Numbered from the stretch's first letter, positions 1 to 10,598 are shown. The stretch is DNA of 64,000 nt from an uncultured Desulfosarcina sp. (GCA_963674945.2 CAXXWQ010000002.1:128001-192000), one strand, 5' to 3'. The notes: generated by a model from the letters alone, not told the origin. Numbers and translations are program-made.

Positions 1-303
1 AAAGCGGTCAGCCAAATGGCCCGACAAATGGCCGCCAACGGATGGATCCATTGTCTGGCCACCGATAGTCACCGTCCGGAAGGGCACACTCCCGAGCAGC
101 TTTTGCGGGCACGATCCGTTGTGGAAAAAAGGATCGGTCGAGACAACCTTCGGCTGCTGAGCCTGGAAAACCCGCGACGGCTTTTGGCCGGTGAACCGTT
201 GCTGTCGGTTGACATGGAGCCGTTGATGGAGATGAGAAAGCGGCCCTGGTGGCGGTTCTGGGACAGAAAACACCGGGGGACAGGCAAGGTGCACCATGAA
301 TGA
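1..303 (+). CDS. CpsB/CapC-type PHP tyrosine-protein phosphatase, C-terminal part (5' end outside window)
   Basis: Open from base 1; HCLATDSH and ENPRRLL match the CpsB C-terminal ASDAH/NP motifs; upstream of a BY-kinase. Confidence 0.75.
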   Translation, partial: KAVSQMARQMAANGWIHCLATDSHRPEGHTPEQLLRARSVVEKRIGRDNLRLLSLENPRRLLAGEPLLSVDMEPLMEMRKRPWWRFWDRKHRGTGKVHHE

Positions 304-1660
304 TACGTCCCGCCGGATCCCGTCCCGAGAGGGCCACCGCGTCTCCTATTTTCGTAAATTCCTGTACATTTTGATCACTTTGTTCTTACTGGCGATGGGA
401 TGCTGGTCGGTTACGTTCAGTTGGCCCATTCGAACGGTCCGGTATCATCCTGACAGTTTGGTCGATGGTGCGGACTACCGGCTGGTGGACTATCCGGAGG
501 CACAATATGCCTTTGGCATGAATGCCTGGCTTGGATTTCAGCCCCAACAGGCAAAACGGTGCTTCCTTCGGGCTGTTTCCGGTAACGCGCTTTATCTGGA
601 CGCCTGGCTCAATCTGGCAGAAATCGAAACAGAGCAGGGAAACCAGGAAAATGCGAAGGCGATTTTGGCCTATACCCACGATTTGTCCGGGCAGGTCCAT
701 CGCTGGAAATGGCGGCAGCTCCTATTGGCCCGTGAACTTGGGATGGACGAAATTGTATTCGGCAACGTCAACGACTTGTTATCAAAGGATGTTTTCACAC
801 AAGATGTCTTTCAACTGATACACGCCGACCTTGGTGGCAGCGCCTCGGCGGTCATCGAGAGACTGGAGCCGTCCCACCTGACAGCGTACCTTTTGTGGCT
901 GATTCGTTGGGGGCTGCCGGACCAGAGTGAACGCGTTTGGCAGGCCATCACCGCCATCAAAACGCCGGACAGGGCCATCGCCTTGCGTTATGTCAATTTT
1001 CTACTGGCACATAAACGGATCATCCCCGCCGTGGAGGTCTGGCATCAATATACCGGCTCCAGCGGGTTGACCAACCCCGGTTTCGAGAAGGAGTTGACCA
1101 ACCAGGGGTTTGACTGGCGCTATTGGGGTGAGAAAGAGGGAACATGGTCAATGAAGCGGGCCACCTACCTGACGGTAGAGGGGGATTATGCGTTGAAAAT
1201 CTCCTTCAATGGAAAGGAAAATATTTCTTTCCAACATGTTTTTCAGATTGTCCCGGTGATTCCGATGAAGAAATATCGTCTGACCTATTCATGGAAAAGC
1301 AGGGGGGTCACCACGGACCAGGGACCCTTCGTGGAAATCTACGGCTACGATACACAAGGGCTGTACGCATCCGGTTCCGTTATCAACGGATCCCAAACCT
1401 GGCACGAAGAATCCATCACGTTTGAAACACCGGCGGATTGCCACGCGGCGGTGTTGCGCCTGCGACGTCGGCCCAGCATGCGTTTCGATTCAAAAATCAG
1501 AGGAATCGTCTGGTTTGACGATTTCCGATTGACGTCTGAGGAAGAGGTTCCAAAATCATGGTCCGGAGTGCATGGCCTTGGGCTCGCCCTGGAAGGGGAA
1601 ATGGAACGCGAACACATGGTACCGCAGGAGACAGAAGCCAGAATTCTGGAGACAGAATGA
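296..1660 (+). CDS. Membrane-anchored TPR-like protein with C-terminal carbohydrate-binding (CBM4/9-like) domain
   Basis: N-terminal TM, helical repeats, then LTNPGFE...VWFDDFRL typical of CBM4/9 galactose-binding-like folds; EPS locus context. Confidence 0.6.
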   Translation: MNDTSRRIPSREGHRVSYFRKFLYILITLFLLAMGCWSVTFSWPIRTVRYHPDSLVDGADYRLVDYPEAQYAFGMNAWLGFQPQQAKRCFLRAVSGNALYLDAWLNLAEIETEQGNQENAKAILAYTHDLSGQVHRWKWRQLLLARELGMDEIVFGNVNDLLSKDVFTQDVFQLIHADLGGSASAVIERLEPSHLTAYLLWLIRWGLPDQSERVWQAITAIKTPDRAIALRYVNFLLAHKRIIPAVEVWHQYTGSSGLTNPGFEKELTNQGFDWRYWGEKEGTWSMKRATYLTVEGDYALKISFNGKENISFQHVFQIVPVIPMKKYRLTYSWKSRGVTTDQGPFVEIYGYDTQGLYASGSVINGSQTWHEESITFETPADCHAAVLRLRRRPSMRFDSKIRGIVWFDDFRLTSEEEVPKSWSGVHGLGLALEGEMEREHMVPQETEARILETE

Positions 1661-1815
1661 ATCTGATATCGCTTCGCTCAATCTATCTGATATAATGGAT
1701 CGCGCCGAAGGCGAATACCTGATTCTCGTATGACTCCTGGATTCTTGTGGCAATCATATGACAGAGCTAATGAATTCCGGCCTGGCCCCCAAGGACCAGG
1801 TTTCTACACATTAAT
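1621..1815 (+). repeat. Dispersed ~200-bp intercistronic repeat, family R1 copy 1
   Basis: Reverse complement aligns with 17679-17888 and 54443-54713 (core TCTGATATCGCTTCGCT...ATGGATCG.GCCGAAGGCGAATACCTGATT). Confidence 0.85.
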
Positions 1816-1838
1816 AAATTAGTAACGAGGCACCTTTC

Positions 1839-4139
1839 ATGACAGCAAACGGGAAAAATCGTGCCGGCTCATCGGATAACAACTTGTTGCCCCATATTTC
1901 CGACGATCGACTGCCTGCCGATGATATCAGGAAGACACTTTTCGAGTGGCAGGAGACCGAAGAGGTCGAACTGCGGGATTATCTCGACGTCATCGTCCGC
2001 AGGAAATGGCTGATCCTGACCGTTCTTACCCTCGTCTTCCTCTCCACGCTGATCTTTACCCTCACCGCCATCCGGATTTACGAGGCATCGGCGGTCGTGG
2101 AGGTCAGCCAGGAAACGCCCCACGTGACCACTTTTCAGGAGGTCCTGGGATCGGAGGTCCAGGCGCGCGAATTTTATGAGACCCAGGTGGAACTGCTCAG
2201 CAGCAAGGCGATGATCAACCGGGTCATCGAGAATCTCGACCTGATTGACCACCCGGTCATCCGAAAGATGGTTTTCCGGGAAGTCGACCTCGGATGGACC
2301 CAAAAAGTGAAGCAGAAAATGAAATCGGTGGTCGGCCGCCTGTTGGATCGTCAGGTCAAACCGGATACGGTTGAAGAGATTGCCAGGCGCCAGCATGTCG
2401 TCGCTTATATTCAGGAGAACCTGACCGTCACGCCCAGCCGCAAGTCCATGCTGATTCACGTCGTATTTCGTTCGCCGGACAGGGAGTTGTCGCAATCGGT
2501 GGTCAACACCCTGGTCGAAGACTTCATCAGTTGGAAGATGGAACTTAAGGTCGAAGCCTCGGGGATTGCGCGGGATTTTCTTACCATGCAAATGGACCGG
2601 GCGAAGATCAATCTGGAAAGCGCCGAAGAGCGCCTCAATGCCTTTGCCAAGCACGCCGGCATCGTCTCCCTGGATGCGCGGCTCAACAGCATCTACCGAC
2701 ATCTCGAGGAGTTGAATTCGGCCTATGCCCAGGCCGAGGCGGACATGATCACCAAACAGGCGGCCTACGAGCAGGCCCTGAAAGACGGCAACGCCAACCT
2801 TCCCCGGGTGCTGGAAAACAACCTGATCGCAAGCCTGAAGGACAAGTATGCCCGGCTGGCCTCCGAGTACGAAGATCTCAAGGAGGCCTTCCACGACGAA
2901 TATCCCAAGGTGAAGGCGATCAAAGCGCGCATGGATAGCATCGCGGCGCTCATCGAAGAGCAGGAGTACGGCGTCTTTTTGTCCATCGCCAACGAATACG
3001 AATCGTCAAAAAAGATCGTCATGGCGTTGGAAAAACGGATCGAACGCCAAAAAGACCTTGTCCTGGATCTGAACGACCGGACTACCCAGTATTCGATCAT
3101 GGCCCGGGAGGTGGAGACCAACGAGGAGATCTACCAGAGCCTTTTGCAGCGCGCCAAGGAGATCGAATCCATGGCCGGCGTCTCCTCCAGTAACATCCAG
3201 ATCGTAAATCGAGCGGATTTGCCTCTGAAACCCGTCAAACCCAACGTGAAACTCAACCTGTTTCTATCCATCGTCATCGGCCTCCTCGGCGGCATCGCCA
3301 CGGCGTTTCTGGCCGAATATTTCGCCGACACGGTGACCCACCCCAATGAGATTCCGGACCGTTTCCAAATTCCGCTTCTGGGGACGATTCCCCAGACCAA
3401 ACCCGACGCCCAAGGCCTGGAAAACGCCTTTTTGCGTCATCCCCGGTCCACATTCTCGGAGGCCATCCGTTCCACCCGGGTTTCGGTGCAGTTGTCCGGC
3501 GCCGGCACCCGATCCAAGTGCTTTCTCATCACCAGCACGTTGCCCAGTGAAGGGAAAACCACATTGGCTGTGAATCTGGCGCTTAGTTTTGCCGCCGCAG
3601 GGGAAAAGACCGTACTTATCGATGTGGATCTACGAAAGCCAAGGCTTCATGAGGTGTTCAACCTGAAAGAACGGGTCAACGGTAACGGCGTCTCCAGTTT
3701 TCTGGCCGGTGTTACCGATCGACTCAAGGTTTACAACCGACACGGCGAACAAATGGGTGTCATTCCGTCGGGCCCCATTCCTCCCAATCCGGCGGAGCTG
3801 CTTGCTTCCCGGCGTTTCAACTGTCTTTTGGGAGAACTGATGGCCCGGTACGACCGGATCATCCTGGACGGTCCGCCCCACATTGGATTTGCCGACACCC
3901 TGATTCTATCGAAAAGCGTGGGCGGCATCGTTCTGGTCAGTAGTATCGGTGAATCGAACCGGGAATCCATCGGCCAGTTCAAAAAGACGATCTCCAACGT
4001 CAATGGAACGATATTGGGCTGTGTGGTCAACAAGGTGGATTTCAATCGCAAGTACGGTTACGGCGGATACTATCGATACTATAAATCCTATTCCGAATAC
4101 GGTAAGGAAAATGAGACTCCCAGGTTGACGGATGCGTAA
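1839..4139 (+). CDS. wzc: Polysaccharide co-polymerase / tyrosine autokinase (Wzc/GumC family)
   Basis: Wzz-type N-terminus with TM, coiled coil, PVKP motif, Walker A PSEGKT, IDVDLRKP, ILDGPP, C-terminal Tyr cluster YGYGGYYRYY. Confidence 0.9.
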   Translation: MTANGKNRAGSSDNNLLPHISDDRLPADDIRKTLFEWQETEEVELRDYLDVIVRRKWLILTVLTLVFLSTLIFTLTAIRIYEASAVVEVSQETPHVTTFQEVLGSEVQAREFYETQVELLSSKAMINRVIENLDLIDHPVIRKMVFREVDLGWTQKVKQKMKSVVGRLLDRQVKPDTVEEIARRQHVVAYIQENLTVTPSRKSMLIHVVFRSPDRELSQSVVNTLVEDFISWKMELKVEASGIARDFLTMQMDRAKINLESAEERLNAFAKHAGIVSLDARLNSIYRHLEELNSAYAQAEADMITKQAAYEQALKDGNANLPRVLENNLIASLKDKYARLASEYEDLKEAFHDEYPKVKAIKARMDSIAALIEEQEYGVFLSIANEYESSKKIVMALEKRIERQKDLVLDLNDRTTQYSIMAREVETNEEIYQSLLQRAKEIESMAGVSSSNIQIVNRADLPLKPVKPNVKLNLFLSIVIGLLGGIATAFLAEYFADTVTHPNEIPDRFQIPLLGTIPQTKPDAQGLENAFLRHPRSTFSEAIRSTRVSVQLSGAGTRSKCFLITSTLPSEGKTTLAVNLALSFAAAGEKTVLIDVDLRKPRLHEVFNLKERVNGNGVSSFLAGVTDRLKVYNRHGEQMGVIPSGPIPPNPAELLASRRFNCLLGELMARYDRIILDGPPHIGFADTLILSKSVGGIVLVSSIGESNRESIGQFKKTISNVNGTILGCVVNKVDFNRKYGYGGYYRYYKSYSEYGKENETPRLTDA

Positions 4140-4291
4140 GAAAATTCGATTGTCGCCGACCCGGGTGTATTGTCCCATTCCCTTGATTTCCTTAGTTGTT
4201 GCGTATAAGGTAGGATACCGAATACAATTCGGTACCCGATGAACCGTTTCAAATATGAAATGACAGATCAACATAACGGCAGGAGGTTCAT

Positions 4292-5071
4292 ATGATGGGC
4301 TTGTTTCGAAGCAAGCGGATCGAGATCAGGTTGGTCGCCTTCGTACTGACCTTTCTGATGGTTGGCCAAGGCACCATCGCCCTGGCGGGTTCGGGAAGAA
4401 TCTATCCCCAACAAAAGGTGACCTTGTTTAGGGGAGAAAACGTCGTCGGCGTTTACACCAAGGAGGCGCCGCTTCCCCAGGGGACGGTCATGGTTGCGGA
4501 CGGACGATGTGCCATACGGCTCGAAGACTGGTACCTCGTTGCAGAAGACAAGAGTGTTTTTTCCATCGACACGTCCGGCAAGCAGCGGAATCTATTCGTG
4601 GAAAAGGGAACAATCTATTTCAAAACCGCCGGGTTCAAAACCGCCGGGATGAACGGATCATTTGCCTTTATTACCTCCCATGGTCAAATGGACATCCAAC
4701 GAATTCTGCTGAACGCCGCCCATGCCGATCAAACGATCAAGGGATATCTGTCCGCCAACAAGGACCAAAGCGAGTTGGGTGTCGCCGAAGGGGGAACGAT
4801 GGAGGTCCTCACGGACAAGGGCGTCATGACGGTGCAATCCGGAAACAAGATCATCCTGGCACAGGCGGACATGGATATCGGACTGCCCGAGGAAGAGCCG
4901 ACGGCATCCAAGGAGCCTGCGAAGGCCGAGAAAAAAGGGTGGTCGAGAACGACGAAAAACATCGCCATCGCGACGCTTGGCGTGGGCGCGGCGGCGGGTA
5001 TCGCCATCGGGCTTAGCGGCGGTGGCGGCGACGATGGCGGCGGTGGAAGCGTGAGTCCGTCCAGCCCCTGA
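4292..5071 (+). CDS. Exported hypothetical protein, FecR-like beta domain with C-terminal hydrophobic/Gly tail
   Basis: SD AGGAGG, signal peptide, beta-rich domain, C-terminal TM. Confidence 0.55.
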   Translation: MMGLFRSKRIEIRLVAFVLTFLMVGQGTIALAGSGRIYPQQKVTLFRGENVVGVYTKEAPLPQGTVMVADGRCAIRLEDWYLVAEDKSVFSIDTSGKQRNLFVEKGTIYFKTAGFKTAGMNGSFAFITSHGQMDIQRILLNAAHADQTIKGYLSANKDQSELGVAEGGTMEVLTDKGVMTVQSGNKIILAQADMDIGLPEEEPTASKEPAKAEKKGWSRTTKNIAIATLGVGAAAGIAIGLSGGGGDDGGGGSVSPSSP

Positions 5072-5078
5072 TCAGGAG

Positions 5079-6131
5079 ATGCAAGCGGTGATTCGTACCG
5101 TCAAGAAAGTGGGGAACAAACCAACCGGTCGCGGCAGGGGGAATGTGGCACTCTTTTTGGCCCTGGCATGGCTCATTCTGCTGCTCGGCGCTTGTACCGC
5201 TTCCAACCACGGAACCGATATGGAACCGGTTGAACGCCACACAGCCGGATTTTCGTTGCAAGACGATGAAATCCGTAAAATGAACCAGATGATTCTCGAC
5301 CAGGCATCCATGAACAACTCGCCGGGCGACTATCTTCTGGGGGAGGGGGACTTGCTGCGTGTCAGCATATTCGAAGCCGAAGAACTGAACACGACGGTTC
5401 GGGTCAACTCCCGTGGATGGGTTACCCTGCCGCTGATCGATACGGTGGACGTCAAGGGCCTCACTGCCATCGAGGCGGAGGAAAAGATCGAACACCTCTA
5501 CAGTCAGCGATATATCAAGAATCCACACGTCAGCATTTTCGTCGAAGAACACATCAGCCAGCGCATTACCCTTGTTGGTGAATTCAATAATCCGGGTACA
5601 TACGATTACCCTGTGAGACAGCGATTGCTCGATGTCATCGCGTTGGGTGGCGGCCTGAGTGAAAAAGCCGGACAGATCATACAGATTCGCAAATCCAAAA
5701 AAGCAGATGGCCAGCCCGAGGTTTTGATGGTCGATTTGGATCGATTGATCATCGAGGGGAATTACGACATCAATATCCAAATAGATGGGGGTGACGTCGT
5801 TTACATCCCCGAGGCGGGCGTCTTTTTCGTTAACGGTGCGGTAAAACTGCCGGGTGCATATCCAATCAAACATCGAACGGTCATTCAAGAAGCGCTGGTG
5901 GAAGCCGGCGGCGTCGAGCCATGGGCGGACAAAAACAAGGTCCAGCTCGTGAGAATGGGGAAAGACGGAACACGAAAGATCATCGACGTTGATCTGAATC
6001 AACCGGAATCTCAGGAAATGCCGTTGCAGGATCGCGACATTATCATGGTTGAAGCAAGCGGTGCCTCCCGCTACATGAGAGGCTTCGGTTTTACGATTCT
6101 CGGGACGGGTTTTACGTATTGGGGAAGATGA
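5079..6131 (+). CDS. wza: Polysaccharide export lipoprotein (Wza/Poly_export + SLBB)
   Basis: Lipobox LGAC; YLLGEGDLLRVSIF, VTLPLI, YIKNPHVS, SLBB repeats. Confidence 0.85.
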   Translation: MQAVIRTVKKVGNKPTGRGRGNVALFLALAWLILLLGACTASNHGTDMEPVERHTAGFSLQDDEIRKMNQMILDQASMNNSPGDYLLGEGDLLRVSIFEAEELNTTVRVNSRGWVTLPLIDTVDVKGLTAIEAEEKIEHLYSQRYIKNPHVSIFVEEHISQRITLVGEFNNPGTYDYPVRQRLLDVIALGGGLSEKAGQIIQIRKSKKADGQPEVLMVDLDRLIIEGNYDINIQIDGGDVVYIPEAGVFFVNGAVKLPGAYPIKHRTVIQEALVEAGGVEPWADKNKVQLVRMGKDGTRKIIDVDLNQPESQEMPLQDRDIIMVEASGASRYMRGFGFTILGTGFTYWGR

Positions 6132-6221
6132 TTGTCCTGATTCAATAATCCTGGCCAACGGCCGATAGAGAATAAAAATTCGATGCCTCCGGGCGTCTTT
6201 GTAAGAGGTAATGAATCACAA

Positions 6222-8591
6222 ATGTATCTGAACCATTATGGATTAACCAAAAAGCCCTTTGATTTGAGCCTGAGACCCGGTTTTTTGTGGTTGGGCGAGG
6301 AGCATGCGGAAGCACTGGCCACCTTGAATTACGGTATTCAGGAAGACATGGGGTTCTTGCTGCTCACCGGCGATGTGGGGGTGGGCAAAACCGTCTTGAT
6401 TCGTCGATTGATCGCCAATCTGACATCATCCACCGCCGTCGCCCATATTACCGATCCGGATCTGGCGCCCATGGATTTTTTCAAAATCGTGGCTTCGGAA
6501 TTTGGAATAGACGCACAATTTTCCAAAAAGGCGGATTTTTTAATCGCATTTAAAACATTTCTCCAGCAGGCGCACAAAGAACAAAAGAAGGTGCTGCTGA
6601 TCATCGACGAGGCACAGCGATTAAATAACGATATGTTGGATCAAATCCGGGTTTTCTCGAACATCGAGCGGGGAGACCGCAAGTTGATCAACATCTTCTT
6701 TGTCGGCCAGCCCGAATTCAAAGATATGCTCTTGACCGACAGAAACCGGGCACTTCGCCAACGCATTGCGGTCAACTATCACATCAACCCGCTGACGGAA
6801 GCCGAGGTCGGTCAGTATATTCAACACCGACTGAAACGGGCGGGCAGCACGAAAGAAATATTCGAAGACGACGCGTTCCATGAGATTTTCGCCTTCACGG
6901 GCGGCTTTCCCCGCGCCATCAACATCATCTGCGACCATGCGCTGATGACGGGGTACTCTTACGGTCTGAATTCAATCAATGAGGGTGTCATCAAAGAGTG
7001 CACAAATGAGCTGCGCATCCGGGAGGAAAGAAAACCCGTCGAGGCATTATCGCAGACACCGGTAGCGGTGAGGCTGCCGGAGACGATGGCACCGCCGCCC
7101 GAGAAAAAGCCGCTCTTTTCCCCTCGTACATATCCGCTGCTCATCGGTATTTGTGCCCTACTGTCCGTGATTTTAATCATTCTTCTGATGCGGCCGGACT
7201 CTAGCGAGACAACCCAGATTGTCTCTACCGACGAGTCACGAGATGTATCAAGCATGAATTCAGGGCAGCCTGTGGACGACGACAGGCTTCACTCTTTCTC
7301 CAAAGATCCTGTGCCGCCCCTTGCCAATGACGAGTGGCGCCAAGAGGAGAAGATGAAAATTGAACGTGCCCTGACAACACAAAAAGAGACAGGGGGACCG
7401 GTTCGACCTGAGGCCGGAACCCAACATGAAGCAAATAACAGTGCCGTTGGTGACGAGGACATTTCGGGAAAAAGCGACCCCTTGTTGGCCATGCGCCCGT
7501 TGCCGTCTCCACCCGAAACCGAAATCCGGACCAGCCCAAGGGTTTTGGATGAACGAACCACCGGCGTTGGCCAGCCGTCTTCGGACAATAGCGTCGATAC
7601 ATCAGCGGCGAAGAAAGAGGCGGTCGCTTCGAGCCCGACACACACCTCGGCAAGCCTTGCGAACGAAAAAGGCAAGTCCGAAGAACCGGTTGTCATTCCC
7701 CAAAAGTCCCTGGAGGCCATGGCCGTCATGTCCGCCGCATTGGCAACCAAAGAGGAAGCAACGGGCAAATCCGTAACCAAAACATCACCATTGGTGGGCA
7801 ACCGTCCTGCCGTTTCAAGTTCCAGCACCTCCGGGACGTCATCGAAAGCAACCTCGACAAAGAAGCTTCAACCTGAACCGTCACAGTCCAAAAAGAGCGA
7901 CACAGCCGTCGTAACAGCGCCCACTTCCAAACCCGCCAAGAAGACCGCGACGAAGAGCACAACCAATACTGCCGGCAGCATAGTGGCTGGCGGCGTGGCG
8001 GCATCGACCGTCGTCTCCAAGGCCCAACCCAAGACCGTCGCCATTGCACCTTCCACAAGGACGACGCGGACAACCGCCACGACGGTGAATCGAGCCGCCC
8101 CATCTCCGGCTTCCCCAAAGGAGACGAGTGCAAGCCCGACGTCGCCGACGACCACCGGCAGCCGGACGTCCGTGCAAACCGCGGGAAACACAGGAGGATC
8201 GGATGATAAACCGAACCTGGTGGCCGGACTGGATAATCGCCTTCGTTGGTTCTTGAAAAGCTACTGCATTACTTACGCCCGAAAAGACCTGGACGCTTTC
8301 ACCAAGTTCTTCGTTCCCGGTGCCCTGGAAAACGGAAAATCCTTCGCAAGCCTCATACCGAAATATAAGAGAAACTTTGAGTTGATCGAAACCATCCAAT
8401 ACCGCATCGACATGCAGAATTTCATCTATGACGAGGCCAGCGGGACCATTACGGTGGATGGTAACTTTTCCCTTCAGTGGCTGCCGCCCGACCGAAAATG
8501 GCGGGAAAACTCCGGCACGATATCCATGGTGCTCATCGAGAAAGACACTTCATTTATGGTGCAGCGTCTGGACTACCATGGGAATGGGTAG
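6222..8591 (+). CDS. ExeA-like AAA ATPase with TM, long low-complexity linker and C-terminal domain
   Basis: MYLNHYGLTKKPF start, Walker A GDVGVGKT, Walker B LLIIDEAQ, GQPE, GFPRAINIICD. Confidence 0.85.
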   Translation: MYLNHYGLTKKPFDLSLRPGFLWLGEEHAEALATLNYGIQEDMGFLLLTGDVGVGKTVLIRRLIANLTSSTAVAHITDPDLAPMDFFKIVASEFGIDAQFSKKADFLIAFKTFLQQAHKEQKKVLLIIDEAQRLNNDMLDQIRVFSNIERGDRKLINIFFVGQPEFKDMLLTDRNRALRQRIAVNYHINPLTEAEVGQYIQHRLKRAGSTKEIFEDDAFHEIFAFTGGFPRAINIICDHALMTGYSYGLNSINEGVIKECTNELRIREERKPVEALSQTPVAVRLPETMAPPPEKKPLFSPRTYPLLIGICALLSVILIILLMRPDSSETTQIVSTDESRDVSSMNSGQPVDDDRLHSFSKDPVPPLANDEWRQEEKMKIERALTTQKETGGPVRPEAGTQHEANNSAVGDEDISGKSDPLLAMRPLPSPPETEIRTSPRVLDERTTGVGQPSSDNSVDTSAAKKEAVASSPTHTSASLANEKGKSEEPVVIPQKSLEAMAVMSAALATKEEATGKSVTKTSPLVGNRPAVSSSSTSGTSSKATSTKKLQPEPSQSKKSDTAVVTAPTSKPAKKTATKSTTNTAGSIVAGGVAASTVVSKAQPKTVAIAPSTRTTRTTATTVNRAAPSPASPKETSASPTSPTTTGSRTSVQTAGNTGGSDDKPNLVAGLDNRLRWFLKSYCITYARKDLDAFTKFFVPGALENGKSFASLIPKYKRNFELIETIQYRIDMQNFIYDEASGTITVDGNFSLQWLPPDRKWRENSGTISMVLIEKDTSFMVQRLDYHGNG

Positions 8592-9720
8592 ATTTTTCAT
8601 ATAAACAAAAAAGCTCTTCGGTTGAGAGAAACTCTCTTTTCCGTGCAGCTTCGGCCCGAACCGCACAAAGAAGCCTTTCGGCCTTCTCGTCGTCCAGCGT
8701 GATACCGGCTTTTTTCATGATGTACCGGATCATCGTCGAGCCGCTGTGCCGACCCACAACCAGCTTGACGTCCCGTCGTCCCAGGATTTCGGGGGAAAAG
8801 GGCTGGTAGGTGTCGGGATTTTTCAGCAGCGCCGCACAATGAATTCCCGACTCGTGGGAGAAAACCGCATCGCCCGTGATGGGCCTGTCTTTGGGGATGG
8901 GCCGGTTGGTGGCTTTGGCCACGAAACGGCAGATTCCCATGAGTGCTCTGGGATCGACGGCGACACTTCTGTGGTTCAGGGTGTCTGCGGCCATCACCAC
9001 CTGTTCCAAAGGCGCGTTGCCGGCCCGTTCGCCGATCCCATTCACCGTCACGCTTACGGCGGATATGCCCGTCTCCATGGCGGCGACGGTATTGGCCGTT
9101 GCCATGCCCAGGTCGTTGTGTCCATGGAATTCCAATTGCATGGACCTTGCAAGGGGCATCAATTTTTTTGCCATCTGGGTCACCTGAGATGGTCTGGCCA
9201 TCCCGACCGTGTCGGCGATACGCAGTCGATGAACCCCAAGGGCCGCTGCGGCCTGAACAAAGGCACGGAGAAATTCCGGATCTGCACGAAAGGCATCCTG
9301 GGCGCCGACGTAGACATGTCGGAATTTTTCCATGGCACGGGGAACGGTGGCCCATAGGCGGGACAGTACCCAGTCCGGAGTTTTTCCCATGGCCTGCAGA
9401 AGGATCGGCGAAACCGGGAAGCTGATGTGAACCCCCTCGGTACCGCATTCGGCGGCCCGCTCGATATCCGATTTTACGGCACGACACCAACTGATCAGCA
9501 GACACCGCAATGACAATGCAACAAGCCTTTTAATCTCCTGGCAGACGGATGTGCCCATGGCAGGGATCCCCACCTCCAACTCAGTGACGCCGGCCTTGTC
9601 GAGCATCTGTGCGATGACGATCTTCTCCTGAATGTCGAAGGCGACACCGGGGGCCTGCTCTCCGTCTCGCAAGGTGGTATCGACGATATGAACAAGAGAC
9701 TTGACGGTGTTTGTGGGCAT
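8554..9720 (-). CDS. nifV: Homocitrate synthase
   Basis: DTTLRDGEQAPG, HGHNDLGMATAN, GIGERAGNA, HESGIH; last gene of nif operon. Confidence 0.9.
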   Translation of the reverse strand: MPTNTVKSLVHIVDTTLRDGEQAPGVAFDIQEKIVIAQMLDKAGVTELEVGIPAMGTSVCQEIKRLVALSLRCLLISWCRAVKSDIERAAECGTEGVHISFPVSPILLQAMGKTPDWVLSRLWATVPRAMEKFRHVYVGAQDAFRADPEFLRAFVQAAAALGVHRLRIADTVGMARPSQVTQMAKKLMPLARSMQLEFHGHNDLGMATANTVAAMETGISAVSVTVNGIGERAGNAPLEQVVMAADTLNHRSVAVDPRALMGICRFVAKATNRPIPKDRPITGDAVFSHESGIHCAALLKNPDTYQPFSPEILGRRDVKLVVGRHSGSTMIRYIMKKAGITLDDEKAERLLCAVRAEAARKREFLSTEELFCLYEKSTHSHGSPDAAP

Positions 9721-9730
9721 GGGTTCACTC

Positions 9731-10183
9731 CTATTCAATTTTTCGCAGGCAGATCATCCTCGTTTTCCTCCATCCCCGATTCCAGTAGAAATCCAGCGCC
9801 GGCTGATTTGTGCGATCCGCCAGAAGGTACAGGCGGGTGGCACCGTGCTGCCGTGCCCATGCATCGACGGCGGACAAAAGGGCCGTGCCCACACCCCTGC
9901 CCCGGCAGCTTTCGGCCACCACCAGATCCTCCACGAGGGCGGAAAATGCACCTTCCGCCGTGGATACCACCAACTGGGCCGTACACATGCCCACCACCTC
10001 ATTTTCCTCCTGGGCGACTTTGACACAACGGTGTTTGCCGCAACCATCCAACAGCAGTCTGAGCCCTCGCCGTTGGTGCGTTTCGTCCATGATGAAATCC
10101 GTTTCAATGGCAAAAAGCGCGTGGAGAAGTTCTATCATGGTATCCACGTCCTGGTGTCGTCCGTTACGAATCTCAAGGGACAC
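9731..10183 (-). CDS. GNAT family N-acetyltransferase
   Basis: Acetyl-CoA motif RGRGVGTALL and NQPALDFY. Confidence 0.85.
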   Translation of the reverse strand: MSLEIRNGRHQDVDTMIELLHALFAIETDFIMDETHQRRGLRLLLDGCGKHRCVKVAQEENEVVGMCTAQLVVSTAEGAFSALVEDLVVAESCRGRGVGTALLSAVDAWARQHGATRLYLLADRTNQPALDFYWNRGWRKTRMICLRKIE

Positions 10184-10598
10184 GGCCGAAACCGCTTTCC
10201 GGCTCGGGCAGATGCGACATTGTAAAGTCGGCTACCTGCTGTCCGACATCGAGGATTCGTAATACTTCCTCATCTTTCGGGCCTTCCCGACGGACAGGGG
10301 TCAGGGCGCACATGTTGTCGATTTGTTCGATAGCCCGAATTTGCCCCGCCAGTTCTTCCTCCATGGGGCAAATCGTGGCCAGCCCTTCCACGAGGCCGGA
10401 TAGAGTATGATCCATGGGAAGCTGGTGATAGAATTGAGATAAGCCAACAATGAGCTTCTCGATGGCCATGGCCGTCAATTGAAAGATCAGTTCATTATTG
10501 AATACGGATGGGCGGGAAGTCCCGTTTCTGGCCGTCTTCAGGTATTTGCTGCCCGCCAGAATGTGTTCCCGCCAGCCGGTGTCGGATAACAGTTCCAT
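10173..10598 (-). CDS. HEPN-like domain protein
   Basis: All-helical 141 aa; AMAIEKLI and DHTLSGL resemble HEPN AxEKxL / HxL motifs; overlaps GNAT start. Confidence 0.5.
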   Translation of the reverse strand: MELLSDTGWREHILAGSKYLKTARNGTSRPSVFNNELIFQLTAMAIEKLIVGLSQFYHQLPMDHTLSGLVEGLATICPMEEELAGQIRAIEQIDNMCALTPVRREGPKDEEVLRILDVGQQVADFTMSHLPEPESGFGRVP

